Assembly (NCBI GenBank): GCA_009103225.1
Contig: RHPI01002823.1
Location: 567,104-631,103, forward strand
Direction of reading: 5' to 3'
DNA length: 64,000 bases
DNA from: Chlorokybus atmophyticus
Taxonomy: Eukaryota > Plantae > Mesostigma and Chlorokybus algae
Shown: positions 1 through 12,332 of the stretch, one piece after another
How positions within the stretch are numbered: the stretch's first letter is position 1
How the letters are laid out: every line of letters starts with the position of its first letter
Made by a program: the position numbers and the translations under genes
The notes under the pieces: model-generated
What the model was told of the DNA's origin: nothing
Database searches by the model: none
The model's input: the letters and a program-made list of their open reading frames with translations, nothing else

Positions 1-1218
1 CATTTTTCAGCGTATTATGCTTGTATTTTCCTTGCAATCATTCAAGGCGAAGAGTTCTTGCCGTTTGCATTTAAGAAAGTTTTTGAAGCTAGACCTACCC
101 GTAAGTTACCTGGTTGTGGATCCGACAATCTCTGCAATGGAACGTCCTATAAGTTTCGAACAAGAAGGGAAGGCCTGCATTGCAAATAAGTAACCATCAA
201 GCTCAAGCTTAAGCAATTTCCAACTTTCAATTGGCAAAGATAAACTCCTACCGTAAAGGAGATTTTACATAATGAAGGGAGGTCTTTATTCCAAGACTCT
301 GTTGATATAACCTCAATTGTAAGCATTTTTGTCCACGCAAATACGATGCGCATAAGAGCGCAATATCGTGTGCTTTTATTGTGCCAGCTACTGTTAGGCC
401 ACCCAACCCCCTCACAACTAATGTCAATGCCTGCCGCTGCTAGGGCACTAAGCATGCTGGGGTAAATAGGCGAGACGAGCGAGCATACGGCCTGGGAGTG
501 TTGGTTGAGGTGGTATGGTGAGAGTGTGCGATGAATGCAACATGTGTGGAGCACGTGGCTTCACAATGGACTCGAGTAAGTGAGCGTGTGTGTACAAAAG
601 ATGCAAGCTCCATCATGTGCATGCAAAGCACATTGCATGCAAAGCACACTCCAACTCAGCACACTGCATGCATTCATTTACATATAACACCACCGGGCTA
701 CATGTTAGCCTATGTACTCACTAAGCACGACACTAACTACCCTAGCACAACATACCAAGGGCTTGAGCCAGCCCTCATGCTTGAGCACACGCATAGCACA
801 TTGCACACACATCATGTGCATTCCCTTGTAAACCTATGTGTTGCATGAAGCAACAAAACACGCATGCAAACATGCCATGTGGCGTATATATGCACATGCA
901 AAAAACATGCAAGTGTAGGCAACATAAAGCATGCAGGCAGTCGCTGTGTTGGCATGTATGACTGAGCATCCTATGCACACAACACTGTGACAGCAAAGTC
1001 AATACAGACTTGGGCAATATGCGAGGTGCCTCAATTGGCAATGCACCAGTTGCCAACCTTGCATCGCAGCTGGCAGCAGCATGCAGGTTTACCGCTGTGC
1101 AATCACAGCGACCGAGTGAAGGCACTACCAATAGCGCCAACACATAGTTCCGAAAGGGAATATTGGCCGCATATTGCAAGCCATCCAGCAACAACGCCTG
1201 TACGCTGCAAGGTTCTGG

Positions 1219-3338
1219 TTAATGCGGCCCCTCAACTTCAAGGAGCTGCTTCATCAACTCATACGTCATGAATGCAATGCCAACCCCAGGCACCACTTTG
1301 GAGTATTCTGGTAGTATGCCCCTGTCCAACAGCAACAGCCACAAGTCAGTTTGTGGTGATGCATGAATGGTGATCTGTGTTTCCCCAATTGATGCTGATC
1401 GCCCTTACCTGTACAACCCCTTCAACCCTTCTGTCTTCAGTATGTACGCCAGCGTATGCAGCGCACCCCCTTGGTATACACGAGACCGACCAGCCTGTCC
1501 CTCCAGCTGCATCCTTCTCCTCACCAAGTCAATGGGAAATGTAACTGCATGCATTGACGTGTGTTAGCCCAACACGGACACCAAAGGATAGAGCGCATAC
1601 GTTGAGGCAACCATGCTGTCCACATGCATGTATCATCGATTGCTAAAGGCTGGCCGAAGGTAAGGCCAACTCAACATACCTGATGAGGATGTGATCCCTG
1701 CCAAACTTCCACACGTCAGGCTGACGGCGACTGTAGGTGCTTCAGGTCTGCACACAACATTCACGTGAGCCCCTGTGGTTTGGGCCAATCGTTGACAACC
1801 AACAAACTATCTGTGTGACGACGTACTTATGAGTCAGCCAGTATGCCTTGGTGCTCTCATATACGCAGAAGTTTATTGCCAGATTTGGTCCAACACCCTG
1901 CATGCAGAACACGGTGATGTCTCACATTGCAAGCATGAAATTGCAATCAACAAGCACACTAGTGAAAACAGGACGGCTGGCTTACCATAAGCGTAGGCCC
2001 TAGCCCTTTATAGAGGCCCTTCAGACCCTCATCAGCAGCAATTGTACGCAACGCATGCCATATCCCCTTGTAATACTTCTCTGTGGTCTGCAGCACAGCA
2101 ATGCTTTATATGTGTAATGTAGAATAATGAGATACTGAAATCAGAGTCCAGATACAGATGCATGCACCTGCATAGCACCACAAGGCCAAGGTCTGGGACA
2201 TACAACCAACCTGAGCAGCAAGGCGTGTTCTAACCAAGTCCAATGGGTATGCCATGGTGGCCGCAGTAATGCCCGCACCACCACCTGCTAGCAAGCGGTG
2301 TATAGGCTCTGGCTTGTCCTTGTTAAACCCTTGGCATATCCACTGCAAACAGTAGGCTACAGGCTCAGATCTTGACAATATGAACTTCACTCCGTCATGA
2401 CTTCACTCTTGTACATCAGAACATTTGCAAGAGAGGAGGCCATGCTAGCAAAGAGGGTACACGTGTTAGGCGCCTTTGCTAGCATGGCCTTTGCAGGGTC
2501 ACAGAAGGCGACCATGCGTGCACCCGTGCACATACACAATGCAACTTGCACACGACGACGCTGGCATGGTGGCGTACCCGCTTGTAGCGCTCATACGAAA
2601 AAAAATTGATGGCCGAATAAGGCAATCGATGAATGATGGTAACACCGTTTCCCTTCCACAACGCCCCCACACCCTCCTCTCTCAAAATGCGCAACACCTC
2701 TGCTGTTACGCCCCTTTGCAATGCAGCGTTCTGTACCCCGTGCATGCCCTGTATCTGTAACACACATGCAGTCAGTAGCTTGCATCGCATAAACAAAACT
2801 CTCAAGGCTGCCGCTTGCTGTGCAGAGCCACGCAACTACAAAACCTAGCTGCATGTTGGTACTATCAACTTGCAAGCGGACAAAATCTCACAAGCACAGA
2901 TGCCTGGCGACATGTGTGCAGATTGTGTTTGTAGCGAGCACATTGCTATAGACATGCCGATTGACATGGATCCACACATGCACAACACTACCTTGCCTGG
3001 CCACTGGCTCATGGCGCGGAGACATCAATTGCTGAACTTATGTACATGCTGCAAACACAAATGTCTAGCACAGAGGTTCATGCCGCAAGAAGGTCATGAT
3101 ATGCTACTACTATAACGGCGTCAAATACCTGGAATAGGATGGTGAGGCGCGCGAGTGGGGCGGTGCATGTCTTTGACACTGCGCCAGCAATCCCACCAGA
3201 CAACAGCAGCCTTGCTGTGTTGAATGGGCCAAAACGCAACCCCTTGATAGCCTCCCCATCTAAGTTAGGCGCCCGCGCAGCGTCTTCTGATCGTGGTGAA
3301 GTGGCTGCAATATCCACGGTGACTGCTTGGTGATGCAT
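1219..3338 (-). CDS. Mitochondrial carrier (SLC25), adenine nucleotide/ADNT-like subfamily; about 8 exons
   Basis: Spliced exons read GGIAGAVSKTCTAPLARLTILFQ | IQGMHG...LWKGNGVTIIHRLPYSAINFFSYERYK | [27 protein letters not shown] | TTEKYYKGIWHALRTI...GLYKGLGPTLM | GVGPNLAINFCVYE | CGSLAGITSSS | VTFPIDLVRRRMQLEG | GILPEYSKVVPGVGIAFMTYELMKQLL. Three PxD/ExxK/R-type carrier repeats; TAA at 1219-1221. The ATG at 3338 is the best guess for the start. Confidence 0.92.
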
Positions 3339-3684
3339 GCGGCGACACAACCAAAAATAACCCTCGCCAAAACCTGCACACATGAAGCATTGGTGTGATC
3401 GGCATGGATCAAATAGACATGTGTATTACTATAGCACAGGAGTGCACACGTGTGCTGCTGTTTACCACTGTAATTGTATAGCACTTGCGTGAACAGCTAC
3501 CATGCTAAATCATCAACTATCTCCATAGAGCCAGGTGAGGGACGGTGGTGCCGAACGAAGCGCAAAAAGTCGAGAACGAGAAACAACTCCCAGATCCCTT
3601 TTTTTCTGTATGTTTTTCTGTACTTGGCTTGTGGCAGATGTTACATAACAAGAGACAAACCTCAATTGCTTGTGAGTGATTATG

Positions 3685-4164
3685 TCAGTCATATCCACCA
3701 GTAGCATCAATCTGCTTAATATGACGTTTTGCTGCTGCCTCCGGGTAAAGCTTGGCAAAGCGCCTACACCAAAAACTACAAGTGTTGTTGCTGTGCAGTG
3801 CGAGAATAAAAGCACAGCAACGGTGTGAGGACCCTCAACTGGTGCAATTTCAGTCCACACCTGCTTATCCTCGACCATGCCTATGAGGACGCTGCTACCT
3901 ACCTTTGCCGGAACACAAAAATACGTCTCCCGTAAAATAGTCTGCAAGTTGCAGCCAAGCACATCTCGACGTGGTTAATCTGGTTGGTAGCCACATAAAC
4001 AAGTTTGTGACAGAGTTTCGACTACCAACATAACGGCCAAGCAAGAGTTGTACGCAGCTACTGATGGCTGATTAGCTCATCAGGCCCCCGCTATAGCTGA
4101 TGTTTACAAAATAAAATGTGAGCTACTGTGGAGTGACAGCAACAATGTTGCGAGAAAGCAACAT
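3685..4164 (-). CDS. Possible 51-aa three-exon microprotein (hypothetical)
   Basis: Exons 4164-4127, 3941-3903 and 3763-3685 join with consistent phases to MLLSRNIVAVTPQLFYGRRIFVFRQRRFAKLYPEAAAKRHIKQIDATGGYD*. TGTAA lies about 40 nt downstream. No family recognised, and the first donor (GTAGCT) is weak. Confidence 0.33.
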
Positions 4165-4727
4165 GCTATCAACGCGACATTGCTGGGTATAGCGCGATAG
4201 CCGCAATTGGTCTAGCAAACATCCCCTGCCGCGTACCGTTGTTTGCAGCGACGGGCAAGTGTTTTCACTGCCTCCTCTGGTTTTCGCTACACCGCAGCTG
4301 CCAACCCATACCAGAACACAGGTCCAAACACTAGTACGTCCGCCTTCCAACCAAACCCTAGCAGCCACCCGCCCAACTGGCCAAGAAAACAAGGCTGCAA
4401 GTCAAGGGAGGGATGCTGCCTGTTCGCTTCTGGCTCACAACGTTACAAACGAGGAAAAAGTAGCGCCACGCCGCTACCACCCAACGCCACAACGTGTCCT
4501 CGTTATTCCGCCTCCTACGCAACCAGCCCTTCCACCAAGTCCTCTGCCCCGCCGCCGCCGCCGCCCGAAGATGCTTTGCCGTATCTCAGCTTCACGTTTT
4601 TTGTCCAGGTGGCATAACGTCGATACGATCGATACTCTCAGCATTAAGCAACGCGTCACGCTGTATTCTTTACGTTACAAGCGGCGGCGGTGTTGGCGGC
4701 GGTCGCAAGCAGGAGGTGTACCAGCCC

Positions 4728-5514
4728 ATGAGCTACCCTCGTAGCACGCTCCGGAGCGTCCTGAGCCAACACCTTCCAGACGGTGTGAAAGTCGCCAAAG
4801 ACGCCGATCACTTGGTGAGAGAACATCGACAACCAGCAGCACAACACATTGCAAAGCAGCCAGCCTTCTGCGTCATAAGCACGTGAAGCTAGTAAAGCTG
4901 TCAACTCACTCTTTGCATTGATCCGCAATCATGTTTGCAAGCAAATCACGACGGTTGCAACGACCATGCCACCACTAGTGTTGAGCCCTCCGCTTACCGG
5001 ACCAGACAGTTGGAGCAGTGTTCGTGCACTAAGGGCATACGCTTACAGGGTTGCAGTTTATTTGATTCATAATCCATAGATAGCTGTAGTTGGTGTACTT
5101 GTTAGCAAGTTGAGCCTGGCAATTGCACGCATGGCTCTCAAGTCACTTCACCGCAAATGACTCAACTGCACTCAAGTTCTTATTGCTTGGTTGGCTACCT
5201 AACAGGTGTATTTGGACTGTTGCCTGTTCATGAAGGAGCTGAGCAAAGAGGCACAGAAGCTCGCTCAGAGGGACTCAGCCAGGACTGTTGCAGCCGAACA
5301 CGTCCAGCAAGCTCTGCCTGTGCGCACTCTATGTCATGCAAGTCTTACCCATTGCTGCTATGCGCACTAGGTAGTCGGTTGAAACTCATGCTGCTCTTGT
5401 GCATGAGACTGCAGCTTTGACCCACACATACTGCCACCAAATTAAGCCTATTGGCTGTTGTGTGCCTACCTTGTGGTTGTTGTGCAGGTGGTGCTGAAGC
5501 GCTTTGAAGCGTGA
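4728..5514 (+). CDS. CENPW: Centromere protein W (histone-fold CCAN subunit, Wip1-like), 75 aa, 3 exons
   Basis: Exons 4728-4814, 5206-5319 and 5488-5514, with canonical GT-AG introns, give MSYPRSTLRSVLSQHLPDGVKVAKDADHLVYLDCCLFMKELSKEAQKLAQRDSARTVAAEHVQQALPVVLKRFEA*. This matches the CENP-W pattern (Y/A-PRxxlkr...D-L-v-L-x-xx-LF...L-xxEa...eHV...vvLK). Confidence 0.8.
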
Positions 5515-5533
5515 CTGCAAGCTCTCGCACTGG

Positions 5534-6201
5534 ATGTCAGGTCATGTGCTGCTTGCCATGGCCGTCGGCCTGTTATTAATCGCAACAATTAGTGGCCAAG
5601 CGGTTGAGCCAGCGTCTGTAGCGCGGCCTCGCTTGACACGCCAGCTGGCCAGAATCTGGCAGCGTAGCTCAGCTCAGCACAGCATGGTCGCATCTGATCA
5701 GGTACGTTGCAATGATTGTGACAGGAAACCAGTCGTTGACAGCCGTTGTGTCTCATCTCCGCTGTTGGCAGGCGTCGGATCAGAATGCAACGAGCATCTT
5801 TGTGTATGGTACGCTGAAGAGTGGACAGCCTCGTCACGCAGCATTGCATGGTCAACGCTTCGTTGGACCAGCCAGGACGCAGCCGATGTACAGAATGGTA
5901 AACTGCGGCAGCTATCCGGCTCTTGTACAGGTAAGCCTCCAATTCAGGTTGTGTTGGTAATGATGTTGGAACAACACCAATAACCTTGTGATAGGTGGCG
6001 GCAGACTTGCAGGGTGTCTCAGTGGAGGGCGAGGTTTGGTCGGTTGATCAGGCATGTTTGGCCCGGCTTGACAATATCGAGGGCGAAGGCTTTTTGTACA
6101 AACGAGCGAGTGTCAAGTTGTTGGGTTGTGAAGATAGCGTGCAAACCTACCTGTACCTCCGCAGCATTGAGGGGCTGCCCGACTGCGGTTCGCGGTGGTG
6201 A
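5534..6201 (+). CDS. Gamma-glutamylcyclotransferase / AIG2-like (GGACT/YtfP family) with predicted N-terminal signal peptide; 3 exons
   Basis: Exons about 5534-5701, 5772-5930 and 5995-6201. Motifs IFVYGTLKSG, GSYPALV, VEGEVW, LDNIEG and LYKR. The in-frame leader MSGHVLLAMAVGLLLIATISGQA is hydrophobic. Alternative starts are at 5558 or 5684. Confidence 0.88.
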
Positions 6202-7903
6202 GGCAGCCGTTGTGTATATAGTGTCTCAGTCTGGTACATTTGTCGTTGTCTAGCCCACATCTATAAAGCTTGTTGCGCTGGATATCTGCGCCATGCCAAG
6301 TTGGGGCGTTGTCTGCCTTGATTGAGATAACCTACTAACTTGCCATTACACCAGTGCGTGCTGCGAATGCACATGTGAGAGGACATGCATCGAGCACAAC
6401 ACGACAAGTGTGTTGAGTTATTTGTTTGCCAGGTGTTTGCCGGGGTGACACAGGCCGCCAATCAGCCTGCGTTGTGCAGCCACCCACTAACCATGTACAT
6501 GTTCCTATGTAGTAGTGTATATTATCAGGAAAATGCATCTGGTACTACAATGCGCCCAACCAAGTCCATGGCCACAACATCTGGCATCTGAGGACAACAC
6601 ATGCCACATGGTCACAAGCTAGATCAGACTGTCATGAGCCAACGCAGTTACATCAATGCTAAAACTGGTGCAGCCCTTGGTTGGCATGCTGCCGGGTGAT
6701 GTATCTCTGGCTGGTACCGCAGTGATCTGGAGTAGAACGTAAGGTCCAGCAGAGCAAGCTGACGCAGCAAAGCACGTCACAGCACACAGATCAGCAGCCA
6801 CTCACACACGCCTGCCTCTTGCCACAATTGCACAGCACAAATGGCATTCTGACGACATCAATTCAAAGGCTCCGGGAGTAATCGTGGTCGTGTTGCCCTG
6901 CCTGCCTTGCTTGCCCTACCAGTGTACAAAAGATGCCAGAGGCAATTTGTACATGTCACGCTACGTTCACATGCATTGTGTGTGCACGTGTGCGCGCGTG
7001 CGTGCATGTCTAGGTGGTGATTGTTATTGAGGTTATCGAGGTGTTATTATTAAAGGTGTGTACAAATACCGGAAAATTGAATACATATATTTGTGTGCAT
7101 CACAAATCAATTGATGTGCATCAATAGAGCTAGACTGTGAAATGCATGAGTAATATAAATATACATGTGCACAACATGTGTCACGCAGCATGGTTTTGCG
7201 AGAACGCACCCGTTGCATAGCAGTTGTGCGTGTTGTGTTATTTTATCGCGGTGATTGCGACATGCATGACGAGTTAAGATGTGAACATGCACACGATACC
7301 ATTGACAGAGTTTATTTCATGAACACATAAGATGTAATATGCTTATGAAGCTAACATCATTGAAAAGCTAAGCGAGTGCTAGCGTCCACATCATGTAGCT
7401 GTTTACAATTCAATGTCGCTTTATAAATGTTCACATGCATGACTTAACAACAATACGTCCTTACCAAGCCTTGCCAATGAGGCATTGACTAGGCCAGCAC
7501 ATTGCATGACAATGACGCAGGCCTACATCATCGAGTCAGGGCACGCTTAGCAAGCGTCGCTTACGGTAATTCTGCGTGACGCAGTTATCAAATGCCACCT
7601 GGACCGTCACACTCAGCAGCCTTTGCGCGGGAAACAGCGTCGCGCACTGCTGTCCCGGCGTTTCCGCCGCACCCGGGCGACATCCGGCGATCGCAACGGA
7701 CGCAATGCTGGATGTGCTTGTCATGCCCGCCGTCGCCGTCGCCGTCGTCGTCGCTCAGGCCGGCCATGCGCATGAGGAGGTTGAGGTCGAGGACGAGCAT
7801 GGGGTTGCGCAGTGGATGCAGGGTGGCGATAGTGAAAGCGGGCAGCATTTGCAGCAGTAGCTAGCTGCTGCTGAGGTAGTTAGCTTCCTGCACTGGTGTG
7901 GCC

Positions 7904-10667
7904 ATGGGCAACAGCAGGGGGCGGCGGCTGCTGCGCTCAGCCGCCGCCGCCGCCTGCTTGTGCGTGCTAGGGTACTTCGGGTTCTTGCCGTCCGGGGGAT
8001 ACACCAGGCAGAGCAGGGGTCTCACCGGCGGGACGCTCGCGGAGGTAGCTTTTCCCCAAGGCGGATTGAGGGTTTTGCTGCAGGCGGAGGAGCTTGCCCC
8101 TTTTCCTGCAAACAGTACTATAGTAAGTTTTGCTTGTTGTACCCAACCTGGACAAACAAGAGTGCACACATTGCCTGCATTGAAATCGCAGCAGAAGTTG
8201 GTTTAAGCTGTTACAGGTGGAGTAGCACATACGGTCCATGCCCTTGCACTGTTTAGGTCATGATTCTATGCCAGCTGTTCCTCACCATTAAGTGCTGTCT
8301 GATCAACGGGAGGCGCAATCTGCGATGCTATGTGCACTCTATTACCTTTGTGGCTTCGTACGCAGCGTTTGCTGCTGTCATATCATTGATTAATTATGCA
8401 CCCCATGCATGTGGCTGTGGCATTGCATGTTATGGTTTCACTTGCACTAGTAAATAATATCGCACCCTCGCAGAGTGCCCTGCCTGTTGGACAGGTGCAG
8501 CATGAGTGCACAAGTTGCTGCTTGGTTAGTAATAGTGATGTCAGCTGTCACACTCAACACCAGAATGCCAGCTGATACGCAGAGTATCGCACGTGGATGG
8601 CTTGGTTCTGTTAAGGTGCCCATGTTTGCAATGCAGTAACACCGAGGCCAAGCAGGGTTGCGTTGCTGTGCGATAGCTAGTGTATTGCTTTAGCACGCTG
8701 CGGTGCCTGTTGCGGCATTGTTGTAGTCGCAGTTTGCAACACATCGCCTATGCTCATCTTCCATGTGCTGCTGTAACCAATGCAGCTTGCATGTTTGGCC
8801 TTGGCCATGTGTTGACACCAATTGCCTGGCAGCAGGAGTCTACTGGTGCATGCGATGATCTCAAGCATTGGGAGCGCAGCGGTGGCGTAGCGGTCTACAT
8901 AGCGGGGCTGTTGTATCTGTTGCTTGGGGTTGGCATTGTTTGCGAGGAGTATTTCGCGGTGTCATTAGAGCTCCTGGTGAAGAAGCTGAACCTGCCTGAA
9001 GATGTTGCAGGTAACAACACCACAGCACAACGCCAAGTCATGTTACTGTGCTTGCCCGCAATTGCCTATGCATATCCATGTCAAGGATGTTAGTCAGTGT
9101 GTCACACATTATGTGTCTCAATGCCTGGATTTGTGCTGTTTCAGTCGTTTAACGGAGTACTGTGATGTTGCTTGCAGGAGCAACATTCATGGCTGCGGGC
9201 ACATCCGCGCCCGAGTTGTTTGCAAGCTTAATGGCTTTGCTCAACCCGAGCGCAGACAGCGATGTGGGTATTGCCACTATCGTTGGTTCTGCGGTGTACA
9301 ACATACTTGTGATTGTGGCGCTCTGCGTGCTGGTGCCTAGGAAGAGCATACAAGTTGAACCTCGCTCGCTGTCGAGAGACTGTTTCTTCTACGGCCTCGC
9401 AATTGTCAGCATCATATGGATCTTCTACGATGGCGTCGTGCATTGGTGGGAGGGACTGATATGTGTCATGGCATACATGTGTTATGGCTGCTACATGGCC
9501 GTGGACAAGCGGTTTTCCTCGTGGTTGTATTACAAGTTCTGGGGCGCACCCAAGCCTGTATCAGTACCCGTTGATAGTGTTGATGGCTTCTCTGCTGCTG
9601 GCACCTCTGCACCGGTTGGCCAGAAGAAGGGTTACAGTGAGTTTCGTGATGAAGATGATGGCAGAGATGATTCCCTGATGATCAAGGAGCCACCTGGCAG
9701 CAATTACGAGCTCCCATCTACAGCATCGAAGCACATCGAGCTGTCATCACTCAACATGTCTATGGCAGAGTGGCCATTTGTGGGTGCGAAGCCGCTCATA
9801 TTGCCTGCAAGTCGGTTCGCAAGGACGGTCAGGATCGTCGCATACACGCAGCGGTTTTGCAAGAATTGCAGAAAAGGCGTGCTTCTGCGACGGGAGTCTC
9901 TCAAACCTCTCTCATTGCCAATTGCCTCGGCACCGGAGCAGATGACCACGATCGCTCTTGGGGATGAGAGGGTTGACGCCAACGACGATGACAGCGTCCA
10001 TAACCCCGTGCTGCGCAACGTGTACAAAATCGGTAACGAGTTGGACGGCCTTTTGCCTCACGACCCATTTCATGTAGAGAACCCTTTTGCAGTTCCCAAT
10101 CGGCGCATTGATAAGGTGTTTTGGCTGCTGGCGCTGCCTTGGCAAGCAGCGTACTTCATAACAATACCCAACTGCAAGAGGCAGAGGTGGAGGCCGTACT
10201 TCCTCCTCACATTCATCATGGCGATCGTGTGGATGGGCTTGATATGTTGGCTGCTTGTTGAGTGGGCAACTCGTGTCGGCTGTATCCTTAACATCCCCAG
10301 TGCGTTCATGGGCGTGACCATCCTCGCAGCCGGCACAAGTCTACCGGACACGCTCGCATCAGTGGCTGTTGCCAAAACCATGCCGCAGATGGCGCTGGCG
10401 AATGCGCTTGGCAGCAACATTTTTGACGTGTGGATTGCGTTGGGCGTGCCTTGGCTGTTCGTGCTGCCCTTCAAGGGTCCGATACGCGTCCCGACAAGCG
10501 ACCTGTTGTCCAACTCTCTCATTATGGCGGCTGCGCTCTGCTTGTACTACATCAGCGTGATGTTATCGAAATGGCGGATGAAAGTTGGGATGGGCTTTTT
10601 CTTTCTTTTCTGCTACGTCATGTATGTGGCGTACAATGTGGTTTTCATTTGGATTCTCAGGGATTGA
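7904..10667 (+). CDS. K+-dependent Na+/Ca2+ exchanger-like (NCKX/SLC24, CaCA superfamily); 3 exons
   Basis: Exon 1 is 7904-8122, exon 2 about 8836-9010 (GIVCEEYFAVSLELLVKKLNLPEDVA) and exon 3 about 9178-10667. Alpha-1 repeat GATFMAAGTSAPE, GIATIVGSAVYNIL; alpha-2 repeat MGVTILAAGTSLPD, ALGSNIFD. Confidence 0.92.
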
Positions 10668-12112
10668 TGTGCTGCGCTTGGGAGCTGATAATACGCCGTG
10701 CTTGTTGAGAATAAGCTTCCTGATAGAGTTGCACACAGCGTAGGTGGCAGCATGCTGTGCTATAGTAAGTAGCCACTGCAATTCTAGTTAAGTTGCTGCC
10801 GTCTGGCATGTATCGTGCGTTAGCTGTCTAGACTTTGTTTTCTAGTCAGCTAGCAGATGTCAGGTCATATTGCAAGTGAACCAGTTACAGACAATTGCAG
10901 CAGTTACATTTGCGGACTGTGCTGTGCCTTTCTCAGGTATCAGAGTTCTGTGAACTACCTCCCATTGTTGGCTGATTACCTACGCTCCTGTGCACAACAG
11001 AAAGTCAAGGGTATGTGTCGTGCAAGGTATTTTGGTTACTTGCTCAGGTACTAAGTCAAGTGAACTATCTCCCATTTTTGAACCAAGAGAGCAGGCGGCT
11101 CAAAGACGAGCGGATTGAGCGCATGCTAGTGCGAGTATTTTGTTGTGCACAAAGTGTCGAACACAATGCCCATACATAAAACATGTGTCCGGACTAGGCG
11201 CGCTCTGTGGGTGTACAAGAGATGGTACGCTACAATTAGCGCATGCATGGTGCGTGTGCTGTGCCAAGGTCGCTGCGTGTGTGGTGCGTGCAAGTGATGT
11301 CGTGTGGTGCGTGGCTAGTGAGCATAATCACAGTCACTGAGTGACTGGGCTTGACATATGTGTATATATGTAGGAGTTGCTGCCTTTGCTGCATGCATCA
11401 CACCAGTCATGACGTCACAACGCACGCACACACAATAGTTCTGGAGATCAATGGACACCTATACTACCAGCGTGGCACTGCGGGAGTACATCATAGTGTG
11501 ATTGTGGTGCTCTGGCGTTTTCAAAGTTGCAACCAATGCCGAACAAGCAGCAGCATCTGATGTTACAATTGTACACAAAGATACAGCATGAAAACCTATT
11601 GCTAAGGATGGGTCACCCGCCGAGCGATGACTGCCATTCTTGATTGGTAGGTGACGCTGCAGAGCGATACACCAACACACAGGCCTGCGACGAGACGGTG
11701 CAGTGCTACACAAGTGGATAGCAGGAGCCCACCTATGCCATAGATGATGACGTGCACTCGGCCGCAAGCTTGGAGGTCATGCAGTCGCGAGCAGCGTCAC
11801 ACAGCCATGGAGGGCTAGAGACAGCAGAGACTAGGATAGCCTAGACATACAGCTAGTGCATGCCCCTGCCTTAAGTAATAACTTGTGGCTTGTTCCTGCT
11901 GCTGTTGTTTATTGTTGGGTTCTTGCATCTGGCTTACAAATCAGCCTGTGCACTCAACCCGTGAGGTAAGTTCTGCTTCGCCAAGCCACCCCAACCCAGG
12001 CCCCTTGGTGGGCCCCTTTGGCCAAGATGGTCCGGATCCCTGGCATGTACTTCAAGGCATTTGCTATGTATTATATACCAACAGCAACATCCAATGCCAG
12101 AGGTGAGTGCAT

Positions 12113-12332
<220 letters not shown>

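Noticed and set aside
1-470. AT-richer stretch with partly open frames
   Set aside because: No recognisable motif and interrupted by stops; it may be a TE relic, but I cannot support that.
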